Assembly: GCF_023705585.1 (NCBI RefSeq)
Contig: NZ_BOQE01000001.1
Coordinates: 2,418,710-2,450,709 of the forward strand
Reading direction: 5' to 3'
Length of the DNA: 32,000 nucleotides
Source of the DNA: Collibacillus ludicampi
GTDB taxonomy: Bacteria > Bacillota > Bacilli > Tumebacillales > BOQE01
Of the stretch, positions 28,581-32,000 are shown in pieces. Each line of letters begins with the position of its first letter. Within the stretch, counting starts at the first letter, position 1. Position numbers and translations under genes: made by a program. The notes beneath the pieces were generated by a model. It worked only from the letters and a program-made list of their open reading frames with translations. It searched no databases and was not told the origin of the DNA.

Positions 28581-29687
28581 ATGAAAAAAAGGTTGGCGGC
28601 AAACACTAAGATAGCAGATGTGTCATATCAAGAAGCCGCCCTGATCGGGCAACGATTGCTTACATGGTATGAAGAGAAAAAACGGGATCTCCCATGGAGG
28701 CGCACGCGGGATCCCTATAAAATTTGGGTGTCCGAGGTGATGTTGCAACAAACGCGTGTGGAAACAGTCATTCCCTATTGGGAACGTTTTATCGATAAGT
28801 TTCCCACGATACAAGCATTAGCTCATGCACCAGAGGAAGAAGTGCTCAAAGCCTGGGAGGGGCTTGGTTACTACTCGCGAGCACGGAATTTGCAAGCAGC
28901 TGTACGAGAAGTGGAAGAGAGATATGGAGGCCAAGTCCCTGATACGCTTGAAGAAATCTCCTCTTTGCCGGGAGTAGGTTCTTATACGGCAGGTGCCGTT
29001 CTCTCAATCGCCTATGATGTGGATGTGCCTGCTGTGGATGGAAACGTGTTACGCGTTCTCGCACGCCTCTTTCTCATCGAGCAAGATATCATGAAACAGC
29101 GCGTGCGCAAACGTTTTGAAGAACTGGCCGAATTTCTGATTCCTCCCGGAAGAGCGGCTTCGTTCAATCAGGCATTGATGGAGTTGGGAGCGACTGTATG
29201 CATTCCCAAGGTACCTCGTTGTCCGCAATGTCCGTTGCAATCGTTATGCAGAGCGTATGCGGAAGGGATGCAAGAAGAGCTTCCCGTGAAAGGCAAGAAA
29301 AAACCGCCTCGCCCCGTCGATCTGGTTACAGGGATTGTACGATCGGGAGATCGAGTGCTGATCGTGAAACGACCCCTGCAAGGATTGTTAGCTGGCATGT
29401 GGGAGTTTCCCAGTTTGGAAATAAATGAGCGGGTGACGATCGAGGAGAACCTCCAGTCGCTCTTCGATCGATTGGGCCAAAGGATCGAGGTAGAAACGTT
29501 TTTTGCCAAAGTGGAACATACATTCAGTCATATCCATTGGAATTTACATGCCTATTTGTGCAAACCAATCCTGCCGCTTGTTCCGGAAACGGAAGAGATG
29601 CGATGGGTCAACGTCTACGAGTTGCATCAGTATGCATTCCCTGTTGCACATACCAAACTCATCCAAGCTCTCAATGGAATGGTTTAA
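28581..29687 (+). CDS. mutY: A/G-specific adenine DNA glycosylase
   Basis: RDLPWRRTRDPYKIWVSEVMLQQTRVETVIPYWERF, LPGVGSYTAGAVLSIAYDVDVPAVDGNVLRVLARL, CxxxxxxCPxCPLQSLC, C-terminal NUDIX-like domain. Confidence 0.95.
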   Translation: MKKRLAANTKIADVSYQEAALIGQRLLTWYEEKKRDLPWRRTRDPYKIWVSEVMLQQTRVETVIPYWERFIDKFPTIQALAHAPEEEVLKAWEGLGYYSRARNLQAAVREVEERYGGQVPDTLEEISSLPGVGSYTAGAVLSIAYDVDVPAVDGNVLRVLARLFLIEQDIMKQRVRKRFEELAEFLIPPGRAASFNQALMELGATVCIPKVPRCPQCPLQSLCRAYAEGMQEELPVKGKKKPPRPVDLVTGIVRSGDRVLIVKRPLQGLLAGMWEFPSLEINERVTIEENLQSLFDRLGQRIEVETFFAKVEHTFSHIHWNLHAYLCKPILPLVPETEEMRWVNVYELHQYAFPVAHTKLIQALNGMV

Positions 29688-29716
29688 AGACTTAAGGAGA
29701 TAGGAATGTGATAACG

Positions 29717-30028
29717 ATGACCACCATTCGTGGATTCTTCGAATATCGCGTGGATCCGGCAAAGCGGGAAGATTATTTGAAACTGGTTCCCAAGATTCGG
29801 TCTATACAAACGAAATACGGACTGACAGCATATGAAATCATCGAAAGTGTTCAAAGAGAAAATCAATTTGTCGAGACATTCCGTGTGGAATCGATGGAAG
29901 CGTATCGGAGGATCGAGGAGAAACAAGAACTTGATCCGGAATATCTCGCCTGTCAGCAAGAACGAGATGCCTGTATTCTTGGCGGAAGAGGTACAATGAA
30001 AGTATGGTTCTTCCGTGACATTGTTTAG
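29717..30028 (+). CDS. Small protein, possible dimeric alpha/beta-barrel (ABM/NIPSNAP-like)
   Basis: MTTIRGFFEYRVDPAKREDYLKLVPKIRSIQTKYGLTAYEIIESVQRENQFVETFRVESMEAYRRIEE... Confidence 0.45.
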   Translation: MTTIRGFFEYRVDPAKREDYLKLVPKIRSIQTKYGLTAYEIIESVQRENQFVETFRVESMEAYRRIEEKQELDPEYLACQQERDACILGGRGTMKVWFFRDIV

Positions 30029-30065
30029 TATGAAAACCCTGTCAGTCGAAAAAGGAGAGAAGATA

Positions 30066-30359
30066 ATGATTCAGATCTCTGATCGTGCCGCGGAAGTGAT
30101 CAAAGAGATTCGCGCGGAACAAGGTGATGAACACCTAGATGTGCGCATTTCGGTCGTACCTGGTTGAGGGGGCGTAAGATGCCGTTTGACTCTGGATGAG
30201 TCAACTGAAAACGATCAAATTATGGAACAAAAAGGGATTACTTTCTTGCTTGATTCATTCGCTGTCGCCTATATCGAAAATGGCTTGACCATCGATTATG
30301 ACGAATACGAAGATAACTTCATTGTACAAATCAAAGGAATTAAGGATTCCTGTTGTTAA
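30066..30359 (+). CDS. HesB/IscA-like protein, candidate selenoprotein with in-frame TGA (30165-30167)
   Basis: RBS AAAGGAG; translation MIQISDRAAEVIKEIRAEQGDEHLDVRISVVPG[TGA]GGVRCRLTLDESTENDQIMEQKGITFLLDSFAVAYIENGLTIDYDEYEDNFIVQIKGIKDSCC*; one stop only, family resemblance continues on both sides. Confidence 0.7.
30186..30204 (+). promoter_or_regulatory. Candidate bacterial SECIS stem-loop
   Basis: TTGACTC (30186-30192) tggat GAGTCAA (30198-30204); loop starts 25 nt after the TGA with G at loop position 2. Confidence 0.55.
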
Positions 30360-30539
30360 CATGGTGAACGATTCTATCCGTGGATAAAGCGGCGTATACT
30401 GCGGATAGAATGTTGTTCGAAAAGGGGGACAAACAGGGGCGGGCAGTTCGGGGATTTTTACAGATATAAACAAGCTAGGGATCGCTTTGCAAATTGAATG
30501 ATAAGTGAAAACCACCAAATTTATTGGGAAAGGCGGGGT

Positions 30540-31190
30540 ATGCATATGTATCCGTCAGGTTATTCAAGTGGACGACTCGTTTCGCAGCGTATAATGCCTA
30601 CCTTGTTTATTAGTTTGTTGATTGCCGGGGTTGGTGTCTATATCGGTCAATATGTACCACGGGCTTTGTTCTTACCTCTTTCCATCGTGGAGCTCATCAT
30701 GATCATTGCGGCCGTTTTTATTCGAAAGAGCCGTGCAGTTGGTTATGGATTTCTTTACAGCTTTACGTTCATTTCCGGTTTAACGATCTTCCCGGCAATC
30801 GCACATTATATCATTCAAATCGGCTTAGATAATGTACTCAAAGCATTCGGCGTCACCGTATTTGCGTTTGGTGTCGCTTCCTTCTACGCGTCGCGCACGA
30901 GGGCAAACTTTAATTTTCTCTCGGGTTTTCTGTTTATTGGCCTTTTGGCATTGCTTGGAATGGGGATTGTGAATATCTTCTGGCCATTTTCTCGTACCGT
31001 CGAGATGGTTTATAGCTTGCTTGGGATCTTCATCTTTATCGGCTACACACTGTTTGACATATCCCGGATAACAAATTATGGCGTGGCTGAGGAAGATGTT
31101 CCTTTCGTCGTTCTCTCCCTTTATCTTGATTTTGTAAACCTCTTCCTGTTCGTCCTGCGTTTAATGGGAGTCAATGTAAGACGTGACTGA
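30540..31190 (+). CDS. Bax inhibitor-1 / YetJ-like 7-TM protein
   Basis: VGYGFLYSFTFISGLTIFPAIAHYI...VFAFGVASFYASRTRANFNFLSGFLFIGLLALLGMGIVN...YTLFDISRITNYGVAEEDVPFVVLSLYLDFVNLFLFVLRLMG. Confidence 0.9.
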   Translation: MHMYPSGYSSGRLVSQRIMPTLFISLLIAGVGVYIGQYVPRALFLPLSIVELIMIIAAVFIRKSRAVGYGFLYSFTFISGLTIFPAIAHYIIQIGLDNVLKAFGVTVFAFGVASFYASRTRANFNFLSGFLFIGLLALLGMGIVNIFWPFSRTVEMVYSLLGIFIFIGYTLFDISRITNYGVAEEDVPFVVLSLYLDFVNLFLFVLRLMGVNVRRD

Positions 31191-31201
31191 TCGAACGTCA
31201 G

Positions 31202-31230
31202 ACCTTCTTGGAGCGCCCAAGAAGGTTCTT
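31202..31230 (+). terminator. Intrinsic terminator
   Basis: ACCTTCTTGG (31202-31211) / CCAAGAAGGT (31217-31226), followed by TCTTT. Confidence 0.7.
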
Positions 31231-31294
31231 TCATGCAGACTACCGCAGCAAAATTCTGACCTTTCAATTTCATAACTGATGAAAAGTTCCTTGG

Positions 31295-31409
31295 TTGTGG
31301 ATACCACTTTGCAGCGAGGAAGCGAGCTTGAAAGTCGTCTCGCAAAACCTGCAATTTTTAAAAAGCGAGACGACTTTCACCGAGCCCGATCGCAAAGTGG
31401 TATCCACAA
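31295..31409. repeat. Nested palindromic element (two-level inverted repeat)
   Basis: Outer arms TTGTGGATACCACTTTGC (31295-31312) / GCAAAGTGGTATCCACAA (31392-31409); inner arms TGAAAGTCGTCTCGC (31329-31343) / GCGAGACGACTTTCA (31365-31379). Confidence 0.85.
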
Positions 31410-31446
31410 ATAATCTACAAGTTTTTTAAAGTAGGTCGAATAAAAA

Positions 31447-32000
31447 ATGAGGGGTAAACATTCACGAAAAATTTATCAACAAGTAGCGAAAGAAATCATT
31501 CATATGATCGAAACTGGGCGGCTGAATCCCGGAGACAAGCTCCCTCCGCTGGTTGAACTTGCGAAAATGTTTGGAGTCAGTCGCGCGACGGTACGGGAGG
31601 CGTTCTCCACTCTTCAAGGGATGGGGCTTATCGCTTTGCGCCACGGTGAAGGCACATTCGTGCAAAAGATTGAATTGCAAACCATGATCCAACAGCCTAT
31701 GAACGCTGCTTTGTTGCTCGGACTCAATGAATTGACCAGTCTACATGAAGTGAGGGAACTTTTGGAGACGGGCGCTTGTAGAATGGCGGCCGCTCGCGCC
31801 ACCCATGAAGACATACTCGCCATTGAAGAGGCGCTTCAAGCGTTCGCGTCAGTCGATGAAGATGAAGAAACTTTGGTACAGGCTGACCTTTCTTTTCACC
31901 TGGCAGTCGCGCAGGGAACGAAAAACCTTGTCTTAATCAACCTGATGCAAGTCATGGCGGAAGCATTGAAAAGTATCGTTCGCATGCAATTGGCGCTTGT
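31447..32000 (+). CDS. GntR-family (FadR/FCD) transcriptional regulator, 3' end beyond window
   Basis: HSRKIYQQVAKEIIHMIETGRLNPGDKLPPLVELAKMFGVSRATVREAFSTLQGMGLIALRHGEGTFV.. plus FCD domain LHEVRELLETGACRMAAARATHEDI. Confidence 0.87.
   Translation, partial: MRGKHSRKIYQQVAKEIIHMIETGRLNPGDKLPPLVELAKMFGVSRATVREAFSTLQGMGLIALRHGEGTFVQKIELQTMIQQPMNAALLLGLNELTSLHEVRELLETGACRMAAARATHEDILAIEEALQAFASVDEDEETLVQADLSFHLAVAQGTKNLVLINLMQVMAEALKSIVRMQLAL

Noticed and set aside
29503-29703. Extra ORFs within and opposite mutY
   Set aside because: Fully embedded in mutY, which has decisive HhH/Fe-S motifs.
30165-30167. Simple pseudogene interpretation of the HesB-like gene
   Set aside because: Not excluded, but disfavoured: one TGA only, at the expected Cys site, with an adjacent SECIS-like hairpin and a strong RBS. 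Kept as the main alternative hypothesis.
1-32000. CRISPR array, rRNA/tRNA, integrase or transposase genes
   Set aside because: No regularly spaced direct repeats, no recognizable RNA gene cores and no transposase/integrase motifs in the translated ORFs.

Overview
This 32 kb window looks like an ordinary chromosomal segment of a spore-former-like Firmicute. It has strong Shine-Dalgarno sites, mixed gene orientation and many intrinsic terminators. Main blocks, left to right: (1) a partial YtrA-like GntR regulator, an ABC ATPase interrupted by an in-frame TAA, and an ABC-2 permease. (2) A homoprotocatechuate / 4-hydroxyphenylacetate meta-cleavage cluster (two separate HpaG-type genes, hpaF, hpaE, hpaB, a VOC-type hpaD) with a FadR-type GntR regulator. 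(3) A YhaO/YhaN-like nuclease and SMC-like ATPase pair. (4) A class A PBP, an acetyl-CoA hydrolase/CoA-transferase with a LytTR regulator, and sodA. (5) Small envelope/unknown proteins, class I fumarase, a DUF4097-like protein, MarR, M29 aminopeptidase, YitT, a PG-binding protein and mutY. (6) A HesB-like gene, a BI-1 family protein and a partial FadR-type regulator. The strongest non-routine observation is the HesB-like ORF at 30066..30359. It has a good RBS and one in-frame TGA exactly where the family's conserved Cys is expected. A 7-bp stem-loop (UUGACUC-UGGAU-GAGUCAA) starts 19 nt after the UGA, so it fits a candidate selenoprotein with a bacterial SECIS. Second, an AT-rich operator-like motif (ATCATATATKAT) recurs at four sites at the hpa transcription-unit starts and the regulator gene. 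At the regulator it overlaps a promoter that would make a (near-)leaderless mRNA. Third, there is a nested two-level palindromic element at 31295..31409 and a possibly related nested inverted repeat in the unexplained 633-bp gap inside the hpa cluster. I found no CRISPR array, rRNA/tRNA, intact IS or phage module.
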